Virus record (IMG/VR): IMGVR_UViG_3300020042_003876
Coordinates: 1-37,320 of that record
Direction: 5' to 3' (one strand)
DNA from: a virus
Lineage: Duplodnaviria; Caudoviricetes
Length of the DNA: 37,320 nt
Shown here: positions 1-9,300 of the stretch, one piece after another
How positions within the stretch are numbered: the stretch's first letter is position 1
Layout of the letters: each line of letters begins with the position of its first letter
Program-made: the position numbers and the translations under genes
The notes under the pieces: model-generated
What the model was told of the DNA's origin: nothing
The model's database searches: none
Seen by the model: the letters and a program-made list of their open reading frames with translations, nothing else

Positions 1-13
1 AGTAGCTGTTTTC

Positions 14-22
14 TGTGGATAA
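14..22 (-). promoter_or_regulatory. Perfect DnaA box (TTATCCACA)
   Basis: TGTGGATAA on + is the reverse complement of the DnaA consensus; it is a single copy in non-coding DNA. Confidence 0.35.
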
Positions 23-34
23 GTATGTTTTTTG

Positions 35-50
35 TGTGATGTCGGTCACA
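35..50. promoter_or_regulatory. CRP/GlxR-type palindromic operator
   Basis: TGTGA-TGTCGG-TCACA is an exact match to TGTGA-N6-TCACA. Confidence 0.55.
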
Positions 51-312
51 ATGGTGACAGGCATGGTGGTTCGGTCAGGCACTATATATATGTATAGTTA
101 AGTACATGAACGTTAGTGAGTGTGCTTAACACATGCACCCCTCAGGGGGGTGCTTATAAGTGTTTATGTGCGCCTTTGGGGCGCGGTTATATTTATGTAT
201 GTGTCTGTGGGTGTAGTGTCTTTCACGGTCTTTTAGATAAGACTAGTGCCGCGACATGTACTTGGGGTCCCTGTATTTGTTCACCCCTCTATTGTACCAT
301 TGGAGGTGTGTG

Positions 313-2190
313 ATGGCTGGTCAGTCTAAGGCGATCCCTCTTGCCGAGTTGAAGAAGAATGTTTTGGCTTCGATTGCTAAGGGTGAGACGGTTGCTGACG
401 CGGTTGCTAGGGTTGGCCGGTCTATTTCTACGTATGAGCAGTGGCGGCGTAAGGATGCCCAGTTTGCTGGGCGGGTGGATGAGCTGCGGGGGCGCAGGTC
501 TGAGGCTCGTGAGGCTCAAAGGTCTGAGTCTGCCGATATGCTGTTTCAGGACTTTTCGAATAAGTATCTTGGGGTGACGGTTTTCCCCCATATGCAGAAT
601 GTTGTGGATATCATGGAGGGCCGGGAACCGGCTTGGAAGCCTCCGGGTATCGTGTGGGAGCCGGGTGAGCGGGACCTAGCTATCGTGAACATGCCGCCGG
701 AGCATGGCAAGTCGATGACTCTGACTATTAACTATGTGACGTATCGGGTCGCTTTGGACCCGAACATTCGTATCATTATTGTGTCTAAGACTCAGGCGAT
801 GGCCCGTAAGTTTTTGTACGCGATCAAGACTAGGTTGACTCATCCCCGTTATGCGGAGATGCACGCGGCCTACAGTCCTGCTGGCGGCTTCGAGGGTACG
901 GACGCTAGTTGGACTCAGGACCTAATCTACGTGTCGTCTGAGGGCCGTGACAGTGGTGAGAAGGACCCGACAGTTCAGGCTCTAGGTATCCGGGGTCACG
1001 TCTACGGTGCTCGCGCCGATATTGTCATCTTGGATGACTGTGTGGATCTTACGAACGCCCACGAATATGAGAAGCAGATTGACTGGATTCAGGCTGAGGT
1101 AATGTCTCGTTTGTCCAACAATGGGATGCTTCTAGCTGTAGGGACTCGCCTGTCGGCTAAAGACTTGTATGTCGAGTTGCGGCAGCCGTTCCGGTACCCG
1201 GACGAAGAATCACCGTGGTCGTACCTGTCGATGCCTGCCGTATTGGATATGCGGGATGACCCTAAAGACTGGGTGACCTTGTGGCCTAAAACCAATATCC
1301 ATGAGGTTACGGCTAAGGGTGTAGATACGGAACCGGACCCGGATGGGCTTTTCCCCAAATGGGACGGTCCCCGTCTAAACAAGAAACGTTCTAGGATGTC
1401 GCCCCGTACGTGGGCTATGGTGTACATGCAGCAGCAGGTGTCTGATGATGCCGTGTTCCACCCAGATGCTGTACGTGCCGCAATCAACGGCAACCGTCTA
1501 GCTGGGGTTATTCCTCGCGGAATGGTCAACTGCCGCCCCAACGGCATGGACGGGCTAATCGTTGTTGCCGGTCTTGACCCCGCTATGGCGGGCCACACGT
1601 CAATCGTGTGTATAGGTTTAGATCCAGTTACCCAGAAACGGTACGTCCTAGACGTGTTCAATCGTGCGGGTCAAACCCCGGATCAGATCCGTGAAGCGAT
1701 CTACGACTTTACTAGTAAGTATTCTGTAGGCGAGTGGCGAGTAGAGAAAAACGCTTTCCAGTCGATGCTGACACAGGACCGTGAGGTGCGAGAATACCTT
1801 GCCGCGTCCGGCTCAATCCTACGAGAACACTACACAGGTAACAACAAGCACGACTCCGACTTCGGTGTCGCATCCATGACCACCTTGTTCGGTGGATGGA
1901 AAGACAAGCTACAAGTTATAGAGTTACCGTCAACCCACGCCTCCGAAGCAACCAAAGCTCTCGTAGAACAACTGGTGACATGGCATCCTGCCGCACCAAA
2001 GAATCAGAAGACTGACTGTGTTATGGCACTATGGTTCGCCGAGCTAGCTTGCCGAGACCGTATCGCTGCAATGGGCGGCTACAGCCGCTCCCACGTACGA
2101 AACATTTTTGCTACCCGCTGGGATGTTAGCAACCGTACCACTGTCAATCTTTCAGAAATTGAACGCGACACAATCTTTATTGGCGCGTAG
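313..2190 (+). CDS. Terminase large subunit with N-terminal HTH-like extension
   Basis: Walker A PPEHGKS, Walker B IVILDD, nuclease motif GLDPA and C-terminal D-C-V-M-A-L-W. GGAGG at 302-306 supports ATG 313 rather than 256. Confidence 0.92.
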   Translation: MAGQSKAIPLAELKKNVLASIAKGETVADAVARVGRSISTYEQWRRKDAQFAGRVDELRGRRSEAREAQRSESADMLFQDFSNKYLGVTVFPHMQNVVDIMEGREPAWKPPGIVWEPGERDLAIVNMPPEHGKSMTLTINYVTYRVALDPNIRIIIVSKTQAMARKFLYAIKTRLTHPRYAEMHAAYSPAGGFEGTDASWTQDLIYVSSEGRDSGEKDPTVQALGIRGHVYGARADIVILDDCVDLTNAHEYEKQIDWIQAEVMSRLSNNGMLLAVGTRLSAKDLYVELRQPFRYPDEESPWSYLSMPAVLDMRDDPKDWVTLWPKTNIHEVTAKGVDTEPDPDGLFPKWDGPRLNKKRSRMSPRTWAMVYMQQQVSDDAVFHPDAVRAAINGNRLAGVIPRGMVNCRPNGMDGLIVVAGLDPAMAGHTSIVCIGLDPVTQKRYVLDVFNRAGQTPDQIREAIYDFTSKYSVGEWRVEKNAFQSMLTQDREVREYLAASGSILREHYTGNNKHDSDFGVASMTTLFGGWKDKLQVIELPSTHASEATKALVEQLVTWHPAAPKNQKTDCVMALWFAELACRDRIAAMGGYSRSHVRNIFATRWDVSNRTTVNLSEIERDTIFIGA

Positions 2191-2198
2191 GAGGCCCC

Positions 2199-3986
2199 GT
2201 GACTAACACCAGCGAAATTGCTGCACTGTACAACAGGCTCAAGCACGCCAACGGCGAGCGCGACCAGCGAATGATGGACGTAAAACAAGTACGTGCAGGA
2301 CAAATGGGATATGTGTTTCCTGAAATGTTTCCCGAAGATGGGCCGTTCACACGCCCCATCGTAGCAAATATGATCGATGTCGCGGCCCGCGACCTAGCTG
2401 AAGTAATTGCACCACTACCGTCTTTTAACTGCTCAAGCTCCACATCCGTTTCTGATCGTGCCCGTCAATTTGCCGAGAAGCGCACCCGCATCGCAGGTAA
2501 CTACGTCCTGTACTCGAACACGCAACGGCAAATGTTTACAGCATCAGACCGTTACGTGTCTTATGGTTTTGTCCCAGCAATCGTGGAGATTGACTGGGAC
2601 GAGTACATGCCTCGTATTAAGTGGCTTGACTGCACTGGCGTGTACACGTTGAAGGATAAGCGCGACAAGGTTAAGATTCTTTTCCAAACTATCTGGTATC
2701 AGGTTGATGAGCTTATTGCTAAGTTCCCTGAACTCTCTAGGGCTATTGAAAAGTATGCGGGGCCGCAGTCTACTCGTCTTGAGGTTGTTCGTTACCATGA
2801 CAAGGATTGGGACATTATGTTCCTTCCGGGTCAGTCCGGTTTTGAACTTATGCGTACCGCTAACCCTGTGGGTGTGTGTTTAGCGGTTGAGGTTAAGCGT
2901 CCGGGTCTTGGTGATGAGGCTCGTGGACAGTTCGATGACGTGCTAGCTGTGCAGGTTGCTAAGGCACGTTTTGCTTTGCTTGGTCTTGAAGCTGCACAGA
3001 AAGCAGTTCAGGCTCCTATTGCTTTGCCGCAGGATGTACAAGAACTGGCTATGGGTGCAGATTCTGTGTTGCGTTCTTCGCAACCGGAGAAGATTCGCCG
3101 CATTGGTCTTGAGGTTCCTTCTTCTACTTTTGCGGAGCAGGGGCTGCTTGATCAGGAACTACGTCAGGGTTCTCGTTACCCGGATGTTCGCGGTGGCAAT
3201 ATTGATGCAAGTATTGTTACTGGCCGTGGCGTGCAAGCTCTCATGGGTGGTTTCGATACGCAGGTTCGTACAGCGCACGCAATGTTTGCGGAAGCGTTTA
3301 CTGACCTTATTAAGCTTTGTTTCCTTGTTGAAGACACTTGTTGGCCTGAGGTCAAGAAGACTGTCAGGGGAAATGATAATGGTACTCCGTTTGAAATTTC
3401 GTACACACCGAATAAAGACATCAATGGTGATCATTCGGTTGACGTTCAATACGGACTTATGGCGGGCCTTGATCCTAACCGCGCATTGGTATTTGGATTG
3501 CAGGCCCGTGGCGACCGTCTTATTTCACAGGACTGGCTTCGCCGCCAACTTCCTTTCTCTTTGAACGCTACGGAGGAAGAGCAGAAGCTTGATGTGGAGG
3601 ATTTGCGTCAGACTCTGCGTCAGGCAGTTAGCGTTTATGCACAGTCTATTCCTAGCCTTGTGCAGAGTGGTCAAGATCCTAGTGATGTTCTTGGCAAGAT
3701 TGCTTTAATTATTGAGGGCCGGTTGAAGAACAAGCCGATTGAGGAACTTGTTGTTTCAGTGTTTACTCCCCCAAAGATGCCTGATGCCGGTGTTGACAAT
3801 GCGGTTGCAGCCAATACCCCATCTGAGGCTCCCGGTATGATTCCGTCGGCATCAGGTCAACTTCAAGGAATGCCACCAGCAGATATGGGCGCACCGCCTG
3901 ATATGGCTACGCTTCTTGCTGGTTTGTCTAGTAATGGTAACGCTAACCTGAGTGCGAATATTTCGCGCCGTGGTCCGATCCAATAG
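2199..3986 (+). CDS. Portal (head-tail connector) protein
   Basis: 595 aa directly after the terminase, with an AGGAGG RBS and a Pro/Gly/Met-rich C-terminal tail typical of podovirus portals. Confidence 0.85.
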   Translation: MTNTSEIAALYNRLKHANGERDQRMMDVKQVRAGQMGYVFPEMFPEDGPFTRPIVANMIDVAARDLAEVIAPLPSFNCSSSTSVSDRARQFAEKRTRIAGNYVLYSNTQRQMFTASDRYVSYGFVPAIVEIDWDEYMPRIKWLDCTGVYTLKDKRDKVKILFQTIWYQVDELIAKFPELSRAIEKYAGPQSTRLEVVRYHDKDWDIMFLPGQSGFELMRTANPVGVCLAVEVKRPGLGDEARGQFDDVLAVQVAKARFALLGLEAAQKAVQAPIALPQDVQELAMGADSVLRSSQPEKIRRIGLEVPSSTFAEQGLLDQELRQGSRYPDVRGGNIDASIVTGRGVQALMGGFDTQVRTAHAMFAEAFTDLIKLCFLVEDTCWPEVKKTVRGNDNGTPFEISYTPNKDINGDHSVDVQYGLMAGLDPNRALVFGLQARGDRLISQDWLRRQLPFSLNATEEEQKLDVEDLRQTLRQAVSVYAQSIPSLVQSGQDPSDVLGKIALIIEGRLKNKPIEELVVSVFTPPKMPDAGVDNAVAANTPSEAPGMIPSASGQLQGMPPADMGAPPDMATLLAGLSSNGNANLSANISRRGPIQ

Positions 3987-3996
3987 GAGAAATATT

Positions 3997-4209
3997 ATGG
4001 CACAGATGCCTGCTGGCGCACCGCCGAAGCCCGCAAATCAGGGTAGTAATGCTGCTGCTTACACGCAGCCTCTTGCTGAGGGTGTTCCGAATGTTATGAG
4101 TACTGACAATATGCCTTGGAATTATGAAAGCACACAGAATGCAATGTTGTCGCATGTTACGCATCCTGAGCCTCGTGGCTTTGGTGGTTCCGGTAATGGT
4201 GCTTCCTAA
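3997..4209 (+). CDS. Hypothetical protein (70 aa)
   Basis: AGGAGA RBS before ATG 3997; TAATG coupling to the next gene. Confidence 0.7.
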   Translation: MAQMPAGAPPKPANQGSNAAAYTQPLAEGVPNVMSTDNMPWNYESTQNAMLSHVTHPEPRGFGGSGNGAS

Positions 4210-4619
4210 TGCCCGCCGGTAAGCCTGAAAGTGTCCGTGGCGTAGGTTCGTTGGGTAGTGGCGCTCGCTCTACTGGTGGTCGTGGTCGTTCAACTCCATC
4301 TTCTTTTGGCAAGAACGCTAAGAGGGCAATGGAAACTGGAGAAATGTATATCCCTAACAAGGTATACGGAAGAATGACTAAAGCAGAGACTGGTAAAAAG
4401 TTAAGTACAAACAGAAATTCTACTAAGCCTGAGCGTAAAGCCTCTAGTTCCTTAAACGGTCCCGGTGGAAAGGCTGGAATGAGTAGGTTCTATGCCGGAA
4501 AATCAAGAACTGTTTCTCCAAAAACTACTACTAGTCAACGTATTGTTAAGCCTTCTGCTGCTGGCAAGAAGGCAGCCGCTAAGTACAGCGGCAAAATGAA
4601 GAATACTCCGAAGGGCTGA
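4209..4619 (+). CDS. Highly basic K/R/S/G-rich protein
   Basis: 136-aa low-complexity basic ORF, translationally coupled to the upstream gene. Confidence 0.7.
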   Translation: MPAGKPESVRGVGSLGSGARSTGGRGRSTPSSFGKNAKRAMETGEMYIPNKVYGRMTKAETGKKLSTNRNSTKPERKASSSLNGPGGKAGMSRFYAGKSRTVSPKTTTSQRIVKPSAAGKKAAAKYSGKMKNTPKG

Positions 4620-4621
4620 TT

Positions 4622-4756
4622 ATGTGTGCATGGTGTAATTGTCAGGGTTCTCCCGGCATTAAGGGAACTAGTGGTTCCCCTGTGAAGCAGACTGGTGTTA
4701 AGGGCGGTAACGCTCCTACGCCTCTTCCTACTAAGACTGTAAGGATGGGAAAGTAA
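4622..4756 (+). CDS. Small protein (44 aa, MCAWCNC...) absent from the ORF track
   Basis: Hand translation MCAWCNCQGSPGIKGTSGSPVKQTGVKGGNAPTPLPTKTVRMGK; fills the gap exactly and has an AAGGG RBS. Confidence 0.65.
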   Translation: MCAWCNCQGSPGIKGTSGSPVKQTGVKGGNAPTPLPTKTVRMGK

Positions 4757-4758
4757 TT

Positions 4759-4875
4759 ATGTACAACATGAAGCCCGGTATGAAGAAGCCGAATATGGGT
4801 ATGCAGCCTAAGAAGCCTGCAAAGCGTCCTACGGTTATTAAGACTGTTAAGCCTAAGCCCCGAAAGGGAATGTAG
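4759..4875 (+). CDS. Small K/P/M-rich basic protein (38 aa) absent from the ORF track
   Basis: Hand translation MYNMKPGMKKPNMGMQPKKPAKRPTVIKTVKPKPRKGM; fills the gap. Confidence 0.65.
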   Translation: MYNMKPGMKKPNMGMQPKKPAKRPTVIKTVKPKPRKGM

Positions 4876-4908
4876 TCATGCCCGCCGGTAAGAGAGTTCC
4901 AAAGGGCA

Positions 4909-5322
4909 ATGGATAAGGGTCGCTACTCAAAACCCGCAGTGCGGGAACGGTTAAAGAATCAGATCATGTCTGGTTCTAAAGGTGGCAACCCCGGTCAATG
5001 GTCTGCACGCAAAGCACAACTACTGGCTCAAGCGTACGAGAAGGCTGGGGGTGGCTATACAGGCCCTCCCAGTAAGAGCCAAAAAAGTTTGAAGAAGTGG
5101 ACTGGCGAAGACTGGGGAACCAAGTCTGGTAAGCCTTCCACTCAGGGACCCAAGGCTACTGGGGAACGTTACCTTCCTAAGAAGGCTATTGGTCGTTTGT
5201 CTGCTGCCGAATATAAGGCTACTAGTGATAAGAAGCGTGCGGGCACGCGAGCTGGTAAACAGTTTGTTGCTAACACACCTAAGGCTAAGTCGGTTGGTCG
5301 TGCTGTTCGGAAGGGTAAGTGA
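4909..5322 (+). CDS. Basic protein of the WSARKAQ family (DUF5872-like)
   Basis: Motifs GQWSARKAQLLAQAYEKAGGGY, LKKWTGEDW and GERYLP, recalled from a widespread viral family. Confidence 0.65.
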   Translation: MDKGRYSKPAVRERLKNQIMSGSKGGNPGQWSARKAQLLAQAYEKAGGGYTGPPSKSQKSLKKWTGEDWGTKSGKPSTQGPKATGERYLPKKAIGRLSAAEYKATSDKKRAGTRAGKQFVANTPKAKSVGRAVRKGK

Positions 5323-5603
5323 TGGCTAAGGATTCTAGGCTTGAGCGTGCTGGTGTTTCCGGGTACAATAAGCCGAAGCGTACCCCTAGCCATCCTACTA
5401 AGTCTCATGTTGTGGTTGCTAAAGAGGGCACGCAGGTTAAGACGATTCGTTTCGGCCAGCAGGGGGTGTCTGGTTCACCCCGTAAGGCTGGTGAGTCGGA
5501 GTCGTACCGTAAACGTCGTGAGTCTTTTAAGTCTCGTCATTCTAGTAATATTGCTAAGGGCAAAATGTCTGCGGCGTACTGGGCCGATAAAGTTAAATGG
5601 TAG
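5322..5603 (+). CDS. Conserved small basic phage protein
   Basis: IRFGQQG...RRESFKSRH...SAAYWADKVKW pattern; TGATG coupling. Confidence 0.7.
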   Translation: MAKDSRLERAGVSGYNKPKRTPSHPTKSHVVVAKEGTQVKTIRFGQQGVSGSPRKAGESESYRKRRESFKSRHSSNIAKGKMSAAYWADKVKW

Positions 5604-5618
5604 ATGCGGAGGTTTCTA

Positions 5619-5888
5619 ATGGACTATGAAGATGAAGATATTCTTGAGGAAACCGAAGAGGCTGAAGAAACAGACATTGTTGAGGCTTCGCCTTGGACTA
5701 ACAATGACACTGTTGCCGCCGTGTTCAAGTATGCCTCTGGTATGGCTACGGTTACGTCAGAGTTTTTTGATTCCATGAACCGTCTCGCTCTTGGCGAGGC
5801 TGGTCGTGATGCGAAAACTATTGACAAGATCGAGTTTATGACGGACGCGGATTCTATTATTAAGAAGCTGAGTGAGGGAGGCGAGTAA
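5619..5888 (+). CDS. Acidic hypothetical protein (89 aa)
   Basis: GGAGG at 5608-5612 supports ATG 5619; D/E-rich N-terminus. Confidence 0.75.
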   Translation: MDYEDEDILEETEEAEETDIVEASPWTNNDTVAAVFKYASGMATVTSEFFDSMNRLALGEAGRDAKTIDKIEFMTDADSIIKKLSEGGE

Positions 5889-6328
5889 TGGCTAATGGTC
5901 AGGGTGGTTCCCGTACTCCTGCTAATCCGGCTCCCGTGTCTGGTCCGGGTGCTTTGTCTCAACGTACCGATGGAGGTCAGCCTGCCCGCTGGATTTCCGG
6001 TGACCAGTATGGGGAAGGTAAGGAGAACATGGACTTGCAAACTTCTGCACCTATGAGCAAAGCTGCACGTACCCCACAAGCCCCTAGAGTGGCCCCTACA
6101 GCTCGTCAGATGGCTCCCACGTCCAATACTGTCACCCCACTGTTTGCGCCCACTCAGCGCCCCGACGAGCCGTTGACGGCTGGCATGCCTTTTGGTGCAG
6201 GTTCTGGTCCTGATGCTACTTCTAGCGGTAACCGTACTGTCCTTCAAACGTTGGAAAAACTTCTCCCATACGACGATTCTGGTTCTTTGAGAATGTTTTA
6301 CAACATGGCTCTTAAGCAGGGCTGGTAG
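5888..6328 (+). CDS. Virion-associated hypothetical protein
   Basis: GGAGG RBS; PAPVSGPGALSQRTDGG and TQRPDEPLTAG motifs; lies just before the large virion protein. Confidence 0.7.
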   Translation: MANGQGGSRTPANPAPVSGPGALSQRTDGGQPARWISGDQYGEGKENMDLQTSAPMSKAARTPQAPRVAPTARQMAPTSNTVTPLFAPTQRPDEPLTAGMPFGAGSGPDATSSGNRTVLQTLEKLLPYDDSGSLRMFYNMALKQGW

Positions 6329-9300
6329 TGAGAGAACTAGCAAGAACAGACGGTGGACTTTCTGATACCGAAATTTTGTTCCCCAGCGAAGCTGCGGGAT
6401 ACGTTGATCCTGAGACTGTAGTCACTAGAGACATTACTCCGCAGGAAGATTTTTCTCCCGGTGGGGCAATCGCTAGAAGGATAAAGGATCAGAAGTACGA
6501 AGATACTATAGCTTTTAACGCTGAGTATGCTGACCTTTACAATTCTGGACAGAACTCTGTCCCTAATGCACGCGAACAATCTGCCTTGCTTCGCTACCGC
6601 AAAATTAGTGCTATTAACGCTATTGCTGCCGCTGTGCCTTCTTCTCTTGAACGTTTCCCTACTATTGCTAAAGCAATCGTAGGTTCCGATATGGACGAGA
6701 AAGATGCCCGTAACCTTATCAATTTGATGGAATTAGATAATGCGTGGACAGCAATAACCAACAATCCTAATGATGAGACTTACGCACGAAATATTATTCT
6801 TTCTATGCCCGTTGTGCAACGTGCAGCATTCTTTGACTTTATTCCGGCAAAGCTAGCAGAGCTAGCTGCTGAAGCGGGTAGAGAACGTTCACCGATTGAG
6901 AATGCTTGGAACCAATCTTTCGAGAGTATCAATAAAGTTTTTAATGGTTTGCTTTGGGTTAGCGACAAGGGTCAACAGTTTGTTGCTTCACAGCTTAAAG
7001 GATACTCTGAAGGTAGTCTTTCTCCTTTTGGTAACGTTGAAGAATACTGGTCACAGGTTAGTAAAGACAACTATGATCAGAACTATTTGAATCAACTTAT
7101 TGGTGAGTACACTGACCCAAACTTTGACGCTAAGGCAGTTGTTGATGTTATTCTTCGATGGGAAGAACTACGTCGCGACGGGCAACCTGACCCTAATGGT
7201 AGGTTTATTGCAGAGTACGCTGGTACTCCACAACAGTCTATTGTGCGTAACTTAATTTACAGCGACAATCCTGATCCTCGCGTTCTTGAACTTGCCCGTC
7301 TAGTTAACACGGCTAACGTGGGTAACGTGGGAATGCTTGCGCTTTCCGTTCTACCTGATGAGCTTAGAAAAAATCAAGTTTACGATGTTGCCGCTGGCGC
7401 AATCAACCTTACTTCAACTCTTGTTCTTGATCCAACAATTATTGGTTCAAAAATTAATGCTGCTTTCAGGGCTAGCCGTTACGCTTTGGTAAAGCTTTCC
7501 ACTGAAGTGGGCGTTGACGCGGCTTTTAAGTACCGTCGCACAAAAACTTTCTTTGACGCTTTTGGTCGTGATGCTGAAAACCTAAAGAGTTTAGATGCGG
7601 GCAAGCGTGCGCTTGCACGCGACCTTATGGCACGACAGTACGGAAACTATATTACACCGAAGATGATGGATTCGATGATTGAGGCTGGTGTCAAGGACGC
7701 TGACACCGCTAAAGAATGGTTTAAGGGTGGGTTTGAAACTGTTGAAATAATTGAGGGTCGTGCAGCTAGAACTAACCCTTGGTTCTCAGAAATGATGAGC
7801 AACACTCAAAATGCACGTCGTCGTCCTCTTCTTCCGGGTAAGACTGTTGCTGGTGTAATGTCGAATCGTGTTCGACAAATTATTTCTATGCACAATCCTA
7901 TCAATAATCGTTTCGCTAAACAGCTTGATGAAGAGTTTCCTTCCGCTACTGGAAGCACTAAAGCTGAGGGTCTTGATGTTGCTTCTACTCTTATCTCTGG
8001 CGAAGGAATAAACGCTTACACTGCTCGTGTAGGCGTTCAGCCTCGTTTGCAGAGTAGTTTGCTAGAGGATTCTAAAGCTTTTGGTTACCGTTACAGTGAC
8101 AGAAGTATTTCTGCACGACTTGATCGCCTTGGACGCAGGTTTGCTAAAGCTCCTCTGGCACGCACCTTGTCTCTTGTCGATGGTCGGGACGCTAAGAAGG
8201 TTTATGACTGGGCTAGAGCTTTTGTTCCCCGCTATCATGCAACATTTATTGCTGATGCTTGGCGTAATGCCGCTAATGAGGCTGAACGTAAGCTCATCTA
8301 TAACGGGTTGATGCGCTCTACCGCTGCCGTTAAGGGTATCCAGTATGTAAATAAGTCTGGTCTTGGTGTTCTTGACAGGATTGTTCCTGAACTTCGTCGT
8401 GGAGCAACGTATTCTCCTACTGTTTTGCGTCGCACTGGCGCTGACGGTACAGAAATTATTGAGGGTGCAGACACTGTTGGTGAGACGGTTATTCGTAAGG
8501 AATTTCAAGGTGTAGATAAGAATACCTTGGGTGCTGAAAACTTTGATGAAGCCTTGTACGGTGAATACAACGTATCTGATGCTGCTTCTAAGGCGGTTAT
8601 TGACCGGCAACTTCAGGACACGATTACCCGTATGCTAGGTGAAAACCCGAAGTTGTTTAGAACAACAACTACTGTCACTGGCAAGGTTGTTAGTAAGCCT
8701 ATCCCTGTGGGAAAGGTGACTTTCGAGGATATGCGCAACATGCGTATTACTCGTGAAGTTGAGATAGAAATAAATCTTTCAGATTTGCGTACCACAAACC
8801 GTTTCGTTGCAGGTATTGACGACACTGTATCTACACGAAACAGTTTGTTTGGTAATCAGGATCTTCCTTTGCACTTGTGGCAGACTTCAGACAACGTGGC
8901 TATGCCAAGCTTCGCCAAATATGAAGAGTACGGTGTAAAGGCTAGTATTTTTGGTGGCTTGTACGGTGCTACTAACGGTAAAATTGCTCAAGGTTTTGTT
9001 GATTTCTGGTCACTTTCAAACCTTGCTGGCCCCCGCTATTTTGTGCGTAACACGATTGAAGATTTTAGCATGTATGCGATTACTGAGGGTCGCTTCATGG
9101 ATCTTTATCGTGGTCGCAGGTTTACTACTGCTTTCAGAGAGTCCCGCCCTAGTTACACTAGACGTTCCTCAAATGCAGAGAAGCTTGTCAGCCGACTTGG
9201 TGTAGTTAATCGTCTTACTCGCCGCAAGAAGAAGACGGTTGAGCTAACTGGTAACCCTTCAGATAACGCCGTATGGTCAATCATCAAGGATGGTTTTGAT

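Noticed and set aside
116-313. 65-aa ORF and the upstream ATG 256 of the terminase
   Set aside because: No RBS, low-complexity GT-rich hairpin region; GGAGG supports ATG 313.
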